Positions 1 to 10,099 of a stretch of 64,000 bases of DNA are shown piece after piece (position 1 is the first letter of the stretch; every line of letters starts with the position of its first letter). The position numbers and the translations under genes are program-made. Below the pieces are notes generated by a model. It was not told where the DNA came from. It did no database searches and worked only from the letters and a program-made list of their open reading frames with translations. Source of the DNA: Chloroflexota bacterium (GTDB taxonomy: Bacteria > Chloroflexota > Dehalococcoidia > DSTF01 > RBG-16-68-14); NCBI GenBank assembly GCA_029262675.1, contig JAJCYW010000021.1, forward strand, positions 130,146 through 194,145. The letters run 5' to 3'.

Positions 1-1996
1 CGACGAGCACACGGGCGCCCGCGATGTCGGCGAGGGGCGGCTCGTCTGGCGTCAAACCGGCGAAGTACGGCGGCAGGCGGACGTACGTGGAGTCGGCCTG
101 CCAATCGAAGTGCCGGCCCTCAGCGACCGGCAGGTTGCGCCATTCCTCTGTGCCATCGAATACGTGCGCGTAGCCCTCACGGAACATCTCCGCCCGGATC
201 GACTGCACAGCGGCCTGTATGTCGCTCTGGGACGGCCAAATGTCGCGCAGGTAGACCGGGCCATCGCTGCCCTCGCCGATCGGCTCCGAAGCGAGATCGA
301 TGTCGATGCGGCCGGCGAGCGCGAACGCCACGACGAGCGGCGGCGACGCCAGGTAGTTGGCGCGCACATGTGCATGCACTCGGCCCTCGAAGTTGCGGTT
401 GCCCGAAAGCACGGCCGCCGCGACCAGGTTCTCCTCGGAGACGGCCGCCGCGACGGCGTCTGGCAGCGGGCCGGAGTTGCCAATGCAGGTGGTACAGCCG
501 TAGCCGACGAGGAAGAACCCCGCCTGCTGTAGCGGCTCCAGCAGGCCCGTCTCCTCCAGGTAGTCGATGACGACCTTGGAACCGGGTGCCAGGCTGCTCT
601 TCACCCACGGCCGAGGTCTGAGGCCACGGTCCAACGCCTTCTTCGCTAGCAGGCCCGCAGCGACCATGACATCGGGGTTTGACGTGTTCGTGCAGCTCGT
701 GATCGCGGCGATAACTATTGACCCGTGGCCGAGCTCGAAGTCGCTGCCGTCCTGGGTTACGGCGACGCGCTTGTCGCGTTGGTTAGGCTCGACCGACTCC
801 TCGAGCGCGCCTTCAAACGACTGCTTTACGTGCGACAGCCCGATCCGGTCCTGCGGCCGCTTCGGGCCGGCGAGGCTCGGCTCCACAGTGCTAAGGTCAA
901 GCGACAGCGTATCCGCGAAAAGCGGCTCCGGCGAGTCGTCAGTGCGGAAGAGGCCCTGCTCCTTGCAGTAGGCCTCGACGAGCTGTACCTGCGCGTCATC
1001 ACGGCCGGTGAGCCGCAAGTACGCCAGTGTCTCTTCGTCCACGGGGAAGTAGCCGCAGGTCGCGCCGTACTCCGGCGCCATATTCGCGATAGTGGCGCGC
1101 GTGGCCAGCGGCAGGCCGCTCAGGCCTTCGCCGTAGAACTCGACGAACTTTGCCACTACGCCCTTCTCACGCAACATCTGCGTCGCCATCAGCACCAGGT
1201 CGGTCGCCGTCGTGCCTTCCGGCAGGCGACCCGTCAGCCTGAAGCCGACGACGTCAGGAATGAGCATCGAGACCGGCTGGCCGAGCATCGCCGCTTCGGC
1301 CTCGATACCGCCCACGCCCCATCCGAGCACGCCGAGGCCGTTGATCATCGTCGTGTGCGAGTCGAGGCCGACGAGCGTGTCCGGGTAGGCCTCGCGCGCG
1401 CCGTCCTCACCGCTCGCAACGATCACGCTGGCCAGGTACTCCAGGTTGACCTGGTGGACGATGCCGGCGTCCGGCGGCATCACGGTGACGTCGCTGAAGG
1501 CGCCCTGGGCCCAGCGCAGCAGGCCGTAACGCTCTTTGCTGCGAGCCATCTCCATGCGGGCGTTGATTTCAAAGGCTTCAGCAGATCCGTAGGCGTCGAC
1601 CTGGACGGAATGATCGATCACGAGGTCGGCGGGGACGAGCGGGTTGATGCGCCCCGGGTCGCCGCCAAGATCGCGCATCGCGTCGCGCATCGCGGCGAGG
1701 TCGACGACCGCGGGCACGCCCGTCAGGTCCTGGAGCAGGACGCGGGCGGGCATGAACGAGATCTCTTGCTCCCGGCTCTCGCCCGGCGTCCATGACGCGA
1801 GCGCTTCGATGTCGTCCGCGGACACGGCACTGCCATCCTCGCGCCGTAGCAGGTTCTCCAGCAGTACGCGGTGGGAATACGGCAGCTTCTCCACGTGGCC
1901 GACACTCGCCAGGGCATCCAGGCGGTGGATGCCGTACGCATTGTCGCCGACGCGAAGCGTGCCGTGGCTGTTAAACGAATCGAGGCTGTTTGGCAT
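1..1996 (-). CDS. acnA: Aconitate hydratase A (3' end beyond window edge)
   Basis: Manual translation from ATG at 1996 (RBS GAAAGGAG): MPNSLDSF...[19 protein letters not shown]...[27 protein letters not shown], the typical AcnA N-terminus. Not in the ORF track because it is truncated. Confidence 0.95.
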   Translation of the reverse strand, partial: MPNSLDSFNSHGTLRVGDNAYGIHRLDALASVGHVEKLPYSHRVLLENLLRREDGSAVSADDIEALASWTPGESREQEISFMPARVLLQDLTGVPAVVDLAAMRDAMRDLGGDPGRINPLVPADLVIDHSVQVDAYGSAEAFEINARMEMARSKERYGLLRWAQGAFSDVTVMPPDAGIVHQVNLEYLASVIVASGEDGAREAYPDTLVGLDSHTTMINGLGVLGWGVGGIEAEAAMLGQPVSMLIPDVVGFRLTGRLPEGTTATDLVLMATQMLREKGVVAKFVEFYGEGLSGLPLATRATIANMAPEYGATCGYFPVDEETLAYLRLTGRDDAQVQLVEAYCKEQGLFRTDDSPEPLFADTLSLDLSTVEPSLAGPKRPQDRIGLSHVKQSFEGALEESVEPNQRDKRVAVTQDGSDFELGHGSIVIAAITSCTNTSNPDVMVAAGLLAKKALDRGLRPRPWVKSSLAPGSKVVIDYLEETGLLEPLQQAGFFLVGYGCTTCIGNSGPLPDAVAAAVSEENLVAAAVLSGNRNFEGRVHAHVRANYLASPPLVVAFALAGRIDIDLASEPIGEGSDGPVYLRDIWPSQSDIQAAVQSIRAEMFREGYAHVFDGTEEWRNLPVAEGRHFDWQADSTYVRLPPYFAGLTPDEPPLADIAGARVLV

Positions 1997-2131
1997 GGGG
2001 GCTCCTTTCGTCTCTATGGTAGCGAACGGCCGCCGTCCGCAGGAGGCCTTCGGCCTCCTGACAGCGGCTTCGTGTCCGCCATTGGCGGACACGGGCTCGC
2101 CCGTTTGCGTCTGTCCCGCTATCATGCGGCT

Positions 2132-3244
2132 ATGAAAATCACGGAAGTGCGCACCCGCACGTTTGAACTGCCGCACGAGGACCACGCCTTCGATCCGACG
2201 TGGCAGCCTGCGGCCAGCACCAGCCACCGGCTGACGGTCGTAGAAGTCCACACGGACGAAGGCATCACCGGCATCGGGTCAGGAGGCGTGCTGACGCGGC
2301 TGAACACGGCCGCCGGGCTGTTCGTCGGCCAAGACCCCCTCAACATCGAGCGCCACGTCGAGACGCTGAGCACGATCGCCTACTTCATGGGCCGGCCCTG
2401 GGCGCTCGAGGTCGCGCTGTGGGACATCGCGGGCAAGGCGGCGGGGCTGCCGCTCTACAAGCTGCTGGGCGGCCATCGCGACCGCCTGCGGGCCTATGCA
2501 TCAACAGGTGAGCTGCGGCCTGCGAAGGATCGCGCAGAGGACGTACTGAAGCTGCGCGACGAGGGCTTCCTGGCTACGAAGCTGCGCTTCCACAGCCCAA
2601 ACCCGCGCGACGACCTGGCAACGCTTGCGGCGGTGCGCAGAGCGGTGGACGACACGATGACGATCATGGTCGACGCCAACCAGGGCTGGCGCTACCCGGG
2701 CGACCTGACGCCGCGCTGGGACCTGAGCACGGCTATCGAGATGGCGACGGCTATGGAAGACTACGACGTTTACTGGCTGGAGGAGCCGCTCTGGTCGTAC
2801 GACTATGACGGCCTCGCCGAACTGCGCCGCCGCACGACGACGCGCATCGCCGGCGGCGAGCTGAACATGGGGCTCCACGAGTTTCGCGAGTACGACCGCC
2901 ACAATTGCCTGGACGTCTACCAGCCAGACGCAACGTTCGCCGGCGGCATCACGACGGCGCGCAAGGTCGCTGGAATGGCGCAAGCGGCCGGGCACATGTT
3001 CGCGCCGCACACCTGGTCGAACGGCATCGGGTTGATGGCCAACCTGCACCTCGCGGCCGCCGTGCCAAACGCGCCCTTCATCGAGTTCCCCCACGACCCG
3101 CCGAACTGGACGCCCGAGGTGCGCGACTTCATGCTGACCGAGCCGATCCGCATCGATGCCAACGGCGACGTCGTCCTGACAGACAAACCCGGGCTCGGCG
3201 TCGAGCTCGACGAAGAGCGCTGCAAGCAGTACGAGGTCGAATAG
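2132..3244 (+). CDS. Mandelate racemase/muconate lactonizing enzyme family (enolase superfamily)
   Basis: KLR, MVDANQGW, WLEEPL, GGE and QPD motifs; start trimmed to MKITEV. Confidence 0.88.
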   Translation: MKITEVRTRTFELPHEDHAFDPTWQPAASTSHRLTVVEVHTDEGITGIGSGGVLTRLNTAAGLFVGQDPLNIERHVETLSTIAYFMGRPWALEVALWDIAGKAAGLPLYKLLGGHRDRLRAYASTGELRPAKDRAEDVLKLRDEGFLATKLRFHSPNPRDDLATLAAVRRAVDDTMTIMVDANQGWRYPGDLTPRWDLSTAIEMATAMEDYDVYWLEEPLWSYDYDGLAELRRRTTTRIAGGELNMGLHEFREYDRHNCLDVYQPDATFAGGITTARKVAGMAQAAGHMFAPHTWSNGIGLMANLHLAAAVPNAPFIEFPHDPPNWTPEVRDFMLTEPIRIDANGDVVLTDKPGLGVELDEERCKQYEVE

Positions 3245-3250
3245 CAGCGC

Positions 3251-4258
3251 ATGCCGGACGAGTTCCCGACGTTCACCGCCGCCGCAGTCCAAGCCGCGCC
3301 CGAGTTCCTCGACCGCGAGGCAACGGTCGACAAGGCCTGCCACCTCACCGCGGAGGCCGCCAAGAACGGCGCCAAGCTGATCGTCTTTCCGGAGACGTGG
3401 GTCCCTGCCTACCCGTTCTGGGACATGGGCAATCCCGACGGCTGGCTCCAGATCTACCAGAATGCGATAGAGATACCGTCCCCCGCGATCGACAAGCTCG
3501 GAGAGGCCGCGCGCCGCGCCGGCGCCTACGTCGTCATCGGCGTCAACGAGCGGGACGCGGCGACGCAGGGCAGCCTCTACAACTCGCTGCTCTACTTCTC
3601 TCCAGACGGGGCGCTGATGGGCGTTCACCGCAAGCTGATGCCGTCCGTGAGCGAAAAAATGATCTGGGGCATGGGCGACGGCTCCGGCCTCCACATCTTC
3701 GATACGCCGCTGGGACGCCTGGGCGGCCTGATCTGCTGGGAGCACGAGATGACACTGGTCAAGTACGCCATGTACTCGCGCGGAGAGCAGGTCCACGCCA
3801 GCGTCTGGCCTGCCTGGACGTTCCAGCGCGACCATATTCAGTTTGGCATGCGCCAGTACGCTTACGAGGGCAAGTGCTTCGCCGTGGTGTCCTGCGGCCT
3901 GCTGACAGGCGGCATGGTGCCGGAGTCCTGGCGCGGCGGCAACTCCGGCGAGGGCCAGGTGGCCGACGGCGGCAGCGCCATCATCGGACCGGACGGCAAC
4001 TACGTCGCCGGGCCCGTCTACGGAGACGAAATCATCATCTACGGAGAACTGGACCTGCGGCGCGTCGCCCTGGCAAAACGCGAACTCGACGTGGCCGGCC
4101 ATTACGCCCGTCCAGACGTGGTGCGGCTGCTGTTCGACCGCTCACCCCATCACCCGTTAGTGGACGCCGAACTCCCCGGCCACGCGGCGGCGCTACACGA
4201 CAACGGCACGCTGGCAGGCGATACCGAGACCGAGACTGCGAGGAGCCGAGACACGTGA
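3251..4258 (+). CDS. Nitrilase (carbon-nitrogen hydrolase family)
   Basis: E-K-C triad in FPETW, HRKLMP, LICWEH; C-terminal DVAGHYARPD. Confidence 0.9.
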   Translation: MPDEFPTFTAAAVQAAPEFLDREATVDKACHLTAEAAKNGAKLIVFPETWVPAYPFWDMGNPDGWLQIYQNAIEIPSPAIDKLGEAARRAGAYVVIGVNERDAATQGSLYNSLLYFSPDGALMGVHRKLMPSVSEKMIWGMGDGSGLHIFDTPLGRLGGLICWEHEMTLVKYAMYSRGEQVHASVWPAWTFQRDHIQFGMRQYAYEGKCFAVVSCGLLTGGMVPESWRGGNSGEGQVADGGSAIIGPDGNYVAGPVYGDEIIIYGELDLRRVALAKRELDVAGHYARPDVVRLLFDRSPHHPLVDAELPGHAAALHDNGTLAGDTETETARSRDT

Positions 4259-4761
4259 TCCGACTACTGGGTACCCTGACGTTCGTGTGCGCCATCGCGC
4301 TGGCCGCCTGCGGCGGCGATGACGATGACGGCAATAGCAACGACGCCGCCAACGGCGGCAACTGCAAAGAGATTGGAGCGAATATCGTGACCGGAGAGAA
4401 CGCCGTGCCACCAGTGGAGGGCGAAGAACGAACGACAGAGTCGTGCCTCAAGATCATCGACGTCGTTGTCGGCGACGGCGACGAGGCGCCGGAAGGCGGG
4501 ACGGTCACCGTCCACTACACCGGCTACCTCGAAGACGGCACCGTGTTTGACAGCTCCGTCGCGCGACAGCAGCCGTTCGCCACGTCGCTCGACCGCGTGA
4601 TCCAAGGCTGGGGGGAAGGAATCCCCGGCATGCGCATCGGCGGCCAGCGGCGCCTGATAATCCCATCGGGTTTGGCGTACGGCGAGAACGGGTATCCACC
4701 TGCAATCCCGCCAAACGCCACGCTGATCTTCGATGTCGAGTTGCTCGAGATATTCCAGTAG
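4255..4761 (+). CDS. FKBP-type peptidyl-prolyl isomerase, lipoprotein
   Basis: GTG overlaps the nitrilase stop (GTGA); lipobox LAAC; VHYTGYLEDGTVFDSS, VIQGW, IPSGLAYG, LIFDVELL. Confidence 0.9.
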   Translation: MIRLLGTLTFVCAIALAACGGDDDDGNSNDAANGGNCKEIGANIVTGENAVPPVEGEERTTESCLKIIDVVVGDGDEAPEGGTVTVHYTGYLEDGTVFDSSVARQQPFATSLDRVIQGWGEGIPGMRIGGQRRLIIPSGLAYGENGYPPAIPPNATLIFDVELLEIFQ

Positions 4762-4801
4762 AGGCCCGTACGCGCTTGCACGCAGACGAGGAGGCCAGCC
4801 C

Positions 4802-5314
4802 ATGATCCGCCTTATGCTCATCATCACGGCCGCGCTGGCCTTCGGTCTCGTTGCCTGCAGCGACAACGGCGACGACGCCATACCAACCGCCACGCCTGAC
4901 ACCTCCGGACCGCCACCAATTGATGTTGACAGTGTGACGACTGCGTCAGGTCTCCAGATCTTCGAGATCGACCCCGGTGAGGGCGAGGAGATCCGTCCGG
5001 GCAACGCCGCCGCCGTGCATTACGCCGGCTGGCTGGAGGACGGCACCCAGTTTGATACATCGCTCGACGGCGACGGGACGCCGTTCACGTTCGCGCTCGG
5101 CAGAGGACAGGTGATCGATGGCTGGGAGGAGGGCATAATCGGGATGCGGCCGGGTAGCCTGCGCAGGCTGATCATCCCGCCGGAGTTGGCATACGGCGAT
5201 GAGGGTTTCGGCGATAGCATCCCGCCGGGCGCCACCCTAACGTTCGACATCGAACTGATCGCCCTCGGACGCCAGACGACGCCCGACGCCGCCACGCCGC
5301 AAACGACGCCCTAG
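4802..5314 (+). CDS. FKBP-type peptidyl-prolyl isomerase, lipoprotein (tandem paralog)
   Basis: RBS GAGGAGG; lipobox LVAC; VHYAGWLEDGTQFDTS, VIDGW, IPPELAYG. Confidence 0.9.
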   Translation: MIRLMLIITAALAFGLVACSDNGDDAIPTATPDTSGPPPIDVDSVTTASGLQIFEIDPGEGEEIRPGNAAAVHYAGWLEDGTQFDTSLDGDGTPFTFALGRGQVIDGWEEGIIGMRPGSLRRLIIPPELAYGDEGFGDSIPPGATLTFDIELIALGRQTTPDAATPQTTP

Positions 5315-5334
5315 GCTACAAACCGTGCGGCGAA

Positions 5335-5964
5335 CTAGGAGACGCCGGCCGCCGCCAGGCTCTCGCGCATCTGCTCCTCGACGAGGAAGCCGAGTTGGAA
5401 GCTCTGCATCACGCCGTCGCTATCGATGAAGAAGTTATTGGGCAGCCCCACCAGGCGGTACTGGGCCGATACTTCCCCAGCCGAGTCCAAGAGAATCGGG
5501 AGCGTGAGGTTCAGCTCTTCCCAGAAGTCTTCCGCCTTCGACGCCGACTCCTCCTGGTTGATCGCAAGCACGACCAGGCCCTCTTCCCCGAATTCGTTAG
5601 CTAACAGTTCGATGTCGGGGAGTTCCCGCCGGCAAGGGCCGCACCACGTGGCCCAGAAGTTGAGCCAGACGGCCTGGCCGCGGTAGTCGCTCAGCCGCAC
5701 CACGTTGCCGTCAGCGTCCGCAAGCTCGAAGTCGGGCGCCAACTCCCCAACGCGCGGGGAGCGGCCGTCCAGCGGGCCCAGCGCGGCGTCTCCACCGCTC
5801 GCGCGGTCGAGTAACAACAGCGCACCGACGATAGCGGCGAGTACCGCCAGTCCTAGCACGGTGCGTACTGGCCCGGCGGCGAGCCAGCCTCTGAGCTGGG
5901 CGCTTCGGGGTGTGGGTTCGGCCTGCTGCTCCACGTATCTTTTCCTCCGCTGCCATCGTATCAT
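5335..5964 (-). CDS. TlpA/ResA-family membrane-anchored thiol-disulfide oxidoreductase
   Basis: N-terminal TM helix; APDF; LNFWATWCGPCRRE. Confidence 0.88.
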   Translation of the reverse strand: MIRWQRRKRYVEQQAEPTPRSAQLRGWLAAGPVRTVLGLAVLAAIVGALLLLDRASGGDAALGPLDGRSPRVGELAPDFELADADGNVVRLSDYRGQAVWLNFWATWCGPCRRELPDIELLANEFGEEGLVVLAINQEESASKAEDFWEELNLTLPILLDSAGEVSAQYRLVGLPNNFFIDSDGVMQSFQLGFLVEEQMRESLAAAGVS

Positions 5965-5984
5965 GGGCCCGAGTCACGGCCGGG

Positions 5985-6000
5985 GGTGATCGGCGTCACG
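5985..6000. promoter_or_regulatory. CRP/FNR-type site GTGA-N6-TCAC
   Basis: GGTGATCGGCGTCACG in the divergent intergenic region upstream of the Crp-family operon. Confidence 0.55.
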
Positions 6001-6034
6001 CACAGACGTGAACAATGCTGACATGCTGGTGGCG

Positions 6035-6322
6035 ATGACACACGCGACACGGGCCGAACTCCAGGTATTCGTCGAACCGACGTGCGAGACGTGCCGCCGC
6101 GCTATCGAGCTGGCGGAGGGCGTGGACGAAGCCTACCCCCAACTCGCCGTCCGCATCGTCGACATCCGCGAACCGGCGGTCAAGCGGGACGATGTCTTCG
6201 CCGTGCCCACGTTTGTCCTGAACGACCGTGTTCTCTCACTGGGCAATCCGCAAGAGAGCATGCTGCGCGAGGAGATCGAGGTGCTGCTGACGTCGCGCGG
6301 GTTCGGTACACTGCAGTCATGA
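6035..6322 (+). CDS. Small thioredoxin/glutaredoxin-like protein
   Basis: CETC motif and AVPTFVLN cis-Pro motif; stop overlaps the next ATG. Start uncertain (6008/6023/6035). Confidence 0.75.
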   Translation: MTHATRAELQVFVEPTCETCRRAIELAEGVDEAYPQLAVRIVDIREPAVKRDDVFAVPTFVLNDRVLSLGNPQESMLREEIEVLLTSRGFGTLQS

Positions 6323-7044
6323 GCATCCGCCAGCGATTGTTCCGCACGCCAGGGGGTCAGGCTCCGAGCCATACCAAGCTCAGCGGCAAGGCCGCCTACC
6401 TGTCCGACACGGACATCTTCCGCGACCTCGGCGCCAAAGAGTTGGAGGAACTGGACCGAATGACGGCCATGAGCACCTGTCGTAAGGGCAAGGTGTTCTA
6501 CACGCCGGGTGAAACGGGCGAAGTGCTGTTCATCCTGAAGCGCGGCCGGGTAAACCTCTACCGGATCAATGCAGAGGGCAAGAAGCTGGTTACCGCGACG
6601 ATTGGCGCCGGGACCGTGTTCGGCGAGATGACGCTTGTTGGACAGGGGATGCACGATACGTTCGCGGAGGCGTCGGAGGAATGCACGCTCTGCGTGATGA
6701 GCCGATCCGACGTGGAACACCTGCTGCTGAACAAGCCGCGGGTTGCGCTGCGCTTCATGGAGTTAATGGCCGTCCGTCTCCACGAAGTGGAGACGAGGAT
6801 GGAGACCGTCGCGTTCAAGAGCGTGCCGACGCGTATCGCCACGTTCCTGCTCCAACTCGCCGACGACGAGACACAGCAGATCGTCGGCGTGTCGCACCAG
6901 GATCTGGCCGACATGGTCGGCACCTACCGCGAGACCGTGACCCGCATCCTCAACGAGTTCCGCTCCGAGGGCTACATCGAACTCGGCCGCCTCAACGTCA
7001 CGATCTTGCAGCCCGACCCGCTTCGCGCCATCGCGGGCGAGTAA
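6319..7044 (+). CDS. Crp/Fnr family transcriptional regulator
   Basis: cNMP-binding fold (FGEM) and C-terminal HTH SHQDLADMVGTYRETVTRIL. Confidence 0.92.
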   Translation: MSIRQRLFRTPGGQAPSHTKLSGKAAYLSDTDIFRDLGAKELEELDRMTAMSTCRKGKVFYTPGETGEVLFILKRGRVNLYRINAEGKKLVTATIGAGTVFGEMTLVGQGMHDTFAEASEECTLCVMSRSDVEHLLLNKPRVALRFMELMAVRLHEVETRMETVAFKSVPTRIATFLLQLADDETQQIVGVSHQDLADMVGTYRETVTRILNEFRSEGYIELGRLNVTILQPDPLRAIAGE

Positions 7045-7063
7045 CTCCCCTTGGCGCACGCCG

Positions 7064-7093
7064 ATTGACATACCACGCACGCCCTGTCAATAT
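7064..7093 (+). promoter_or_regulatory. Sigma70-like promoter overlapped by an inverted repeat (candidate TetR operator)
   Basis: TTGACA-17nt-CAATAT; ATTGACA-N14-TGTCAAT. Confidence 0.45.
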
Positions 7094-7127
7094 GCGGGCA
7101 CGCCAGTTTCAGGAGGGGGGGCTAACG

Positions 7128-7748
7128 TTGGCAACTTCAGATTCCGCAGCGACCGGCAAACGCGTAGCGACGCGCGCCGCGATCCTCAACGCCACGAGCG
7201 AGCTGATCGCTGAGAAGGGACTGGACGGCTTTACCATCAGCGAGATCGCCAGACACGGCAGGGTGAACCGCGCCCTAATCTACCACTACTTCCACGACCG
7301 CGAGAACCTGATCGTCGAGACGATCGGCCACGTCCTGGATCAGTACGAGCGCGTAGAGCTATCCGGCGACGGCAAGTGGATAGAAGGCAACGTCCGCATG
7401 TACATCGAGCATCCGGAGTTGGCGCGCGTAATCTACCACATGCTGCTGGAGGGAGACCGCCTGCCAGTGCTCTGGAAGCGGCTGCAGAGTGGCATCGATT
7501 CGCTCAAGGCACTGCGCGACGAGCGCGGCGCGTCGGTCGATCCGGAGTTCAGCACGATCATCCTCGCTATGCCGCAGCTTACGTGGGCGTTCGCACGACA
7601 CGAGTTTGCACGGCTGCTGGGCATCAGTGTCGAGGAGGCCGACGAACGCTTCATCGCCACTCTCCACACTGCGGCCGTCACCGCTTTCACGACGATGTCG
7701 GAGCAGTCTCATGAAACCGCGGCGCCCTCTGGAACGTCCACGCCGTAG
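7128..7748 (+). CDS. TetR/AcrR family regulator
   Basis: TTG after AGGAGG; HTH TRAAILNAT...FTISEIARHGRVNRALIYHYF. Confidence 0.88.
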   Translation: MATSDSAATGKRVATRAAILNATSELIAEKGLDGFTISEIARHGRVNRALIYHYFHDRENLIVETIGHVLDQYERVELSGDGKWIEGNVRMYIEHPELARVIYHMLLEGDRLPVLWKRLQSGIDSLKALRDERGASVDPEFSTIILAMPQLTWAFARHEFARLLGISVEEADERFIATLHTAAVTAFTTMSEQSHETAAPSGTSTP

Positions 7749-7814
7749 GCACCCGCCGGCGACGCTGGACGGCCGCCCGCGCCATGGCCTAGGATAGTCT
7801 CATGGACGGCCACC

Positions 7815-8600
7815 ATGCGTAAGAACGCGGCGAAGCAGGCCTGGCGCGACGGCGTCGTGACGCTGGGCGGCTGGCTCTCGATCCCGAGCAGCGTCTCCGC
7901 GGAGGCGATGGCCCACCAGGGCTTCGACTGGCTCTGCATCGACATGCAGCACGGCGTCATCGATTATCAGGTGGCTGTGACGATGCTGCAGGTGATCGGC
8001 ACGACTTCCACCACAGCCATCGTCCGCGTACCGTGGAACGAACCAGGCATCATCGGCAAGATGCTGGACGCTGGCGCATACGGCATCATCGTGCCGCTCG
8101 TCAACACGCGGGCGGAGGCGGAAGCGGCCCTCGCGGCCTGCCGCTACGCGCCGGACGGAAGAAGGAGCTACGGGCCGACGCGGGCGTCCTTTTACGCGGG
8201 CGACAACTACGCGGCGGAAGCGAACGGCGAGATCGCATGCATCCCAATGCTGGAAACGAAGACGGCCGTGGAGAACCTGGACGAGATCCTGAACGTGCCG
8301 GGCATCGACGCCGTTTACGTCGGTCCCGCTGACCTCAGCCTGACATTGGGCCTGGCCCCGGCGATGGACCAGGACAACGCCGCGTTCCAGGAGGCCCGCC
8401 TCGCGATCGCGGACGGCTGCCGCAGTCGCGGCATCGCTCCCGGCATCCACGCCAGCGCGGCGCTGGCGCCAAAGCACATCGAGGCTGGGTTCCAGATGAT
8501 TACCATCTCCTCGGACCTCTCGGCGATGGCCGGAGCGGCCGCGCGCGACCTACAGCAGGTGCGCGGCGGCGAGGCGTCCGGGAAGCCGGCCTACGGCTAA
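7815..8600 (+). CDS. HpcH/HpaI class II aldolase
   Basis: GFDWLCIDMQHG, VRVP, LDAGAYGIIVP, MLET, VGPADL. Confidence 0.9.
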   Translation: MRKNAAKQAWRDGVVTLGGWLSIPSSVSAEAMAHQGFDWLCIDMQHGVIDYQVAVTMLQVIGTTSTTAIVRVPWNEPGIIGKMLDAGAYGIIVPLVNTRAEAEAALAACRYAPDGRRSYGPTRASFYAGDNYAAEANGEIACIPMLETKTAVENLDEILNVPGIDAVYVGPADLSLTLGLAPAMDQDNAAFQEARLAIADGCRSRGIAPGIHASAALAPKHIEAGFQMITISSDLSAMAGAAARDLQQVRGGEASGKPAYG

Positions 8601-8615
8601 CGCTCGCGCGCTCCC

Positions 8616-9593
8616 CTACCCCAGCGCTTCCGGATTGACGACGCAGGGTGGCCGTTCGCCCCGTAGCGCGGCGAGCAGGTTGTCGATAGCTAGCTCGAGC
8701 ATCGCGCGGCGGGTTTCGACGGTGCCGGAGCCGATGTGCGGCAGTGCGATCACGTTGGGGAGTTGCAGGATCGGCTCGTCCGGCGCCGGCGGCTCGCGCT
8801 CGAAAACGTCGAGCGCGGCACCCGCTAACTCCCCGCGCTGCAGCGCGGCAACGAGAGCCGCCTGATCGATCACGCCGCCGCGAGCCGTGTTGATCAGGTA
8901 GGCCGTCGGCTTCATCAGCGCCAGCGCCCGCTCCCCGATGAGGGCCGTGGTCGCTTCCGTGAGGTTGACGTGCAGGCTGACGAAGTCGGCCGCCGCCAGC
9001 AGTTCGTCCAGGTCCCTGTACGTGCAGAACGCCGCATCGCCCGGCGGGTCGCGCACCGCATCGTGATAGACCACGTCCATACCGAACGCGACGGCCCTCC
9101 GCGAAACGGCGCGGCCAATGCGGCCGAGGCCGATAATGCCAAGCGTCTTGCCCGCGACGTCCGTGCCAAGCGCCATCGATGCGCCCGGCTTCCAGCGCTG
9201 CTCGCGCAGGAAGCGCTCCGCCTCCGGCAGCCGCCTGGCGAGCGAGAGGAGCAAACCCATCGTCAGGTCCGCCACGGCGTCCGAGAGCACGCCCGGCGTG
9301 TTGCAGACGACGACGCCGCGCGCGGTCGCTGCGGCAACGTCGACGTTATCGAAGCCGACGCCGAAGTTCGAGATCACGCGCATCCTGGGTGCGGCGGCCA
9401 AGACGGCGGCGTCGATTGGGAGCTGCGCGCTGCCGATGATGCCGTCCGCGGCCGCGACTCCGGCCAGCAGTTCATCCCGGTCCGGGATACCCACACCCTC
9501 GAAACTCGTCACCTCACAGACCTCACTAATGCGCGCCAGCGCTTCTTCAGGGCCGCGCAGGCCGATGTAGACGTGGGGTCGTTCATCACTCAT
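8616..9593 (-). CDS. D-2-hydroxyacid dehydrogenase (glyoxylate/glycerate reductase-like)
   Basis: GVGFDN, GIIGLGRIG, NTARG, DVFEREP, PHIGS. Confidence 0.9.
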   Translation of the reverse strand: MSDERPHVYIGLRGPEEALARISEVCEVTSFEGVGIPDRDELLAGVAAADGIIGSAQLPIDAAVLAAAPRMRVISNFGVGFDNVDVAAATARGVVVCNTPGVLSDAVADLTMGLLLSLARRLPEAERFLREQRWKPGASMALGTDVAGKTLGIIGLGRIGRAVSRRAVAFGMDVVYHDAVRDPPGDAAFCTYRDLDELLAAADFVSLHVNLTEATTALIGERALALMKPTAYLINTARGGVIDQAALVAALQRGELAGAALDVFEREPPAPDEPILQLPNVIALPHIGSGTVETRRAMLELAIDNLLAALRGERPPCVVNPEALG

Positions 9594-9689
9594 GGCTGGC
9601 ATCGTACCTTATCCGTTGCGTGCGGAGCCTGGCCGCCGATCTGCCACCGCCAACTGGCGGTGCCATGGTAGCTTCGTTAGCATGCCAAC

Positions 9690-9962
9690 GTGACGAACGA
9701 ACAGCCAACCGCAACGCCTCCGCCCGGCGATGACGCGCCACCGCCCGGCGAGCGAGTCCCGCCGTACGTCGCGCTGATCCGCATCGGCGCGGTGATCGGC
9801 ATGTCCGTATTCCTGGCGTTTGGGCTGTTCTTCTTCATCGGCGGGCTGTGGATGGCCGGCATAATCAGCACGCTGCTCTCCACGCCGTTCTTCGCCGTGA
9901 TGCGGCTGGCGGAAAACCTCGCCACTCCTGACGACAGTCCACCTGACAGCCAGCCCCGGTAG
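9690..9962 (+). CDS. Small two-TM membrane protein
   Basis: Two hydrophobic helices; fills the intergenic gap. Confidence 0.55.
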   Translation: MTNEQPTATPPPGDDAPPPGERVPPYVALIRIGAVIGMSVFLAFGLFFFIGGLWMAGIISTLLSTPFFAVMRLAENLATPDDSPPDSQPR

Positions 9963-10099
9963 CCCTGGCTACCGAAAGCTGTCCTGCGCGCTACGCTTAC
10001 AGAACAGCCGGATGCTGCGCCTCCAGTGCTAGATCTTGCGCATTCGTAAACAATAACGCGGCCCCAATGAGGCCGCGTCGTTCTCCGTGCGATTGGCGG

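Noticed and set aside
2905-4254. 618-aa ORF 2905-4761 and other long overlapping ORFs (725-1795, 2501-4102, 56957-58438)
   Set aside because: Arg/Ala-rich shadow frames of real genes in high-GC DNA; only the last 168 aa of 2905-4761 (FKBP) are credible.
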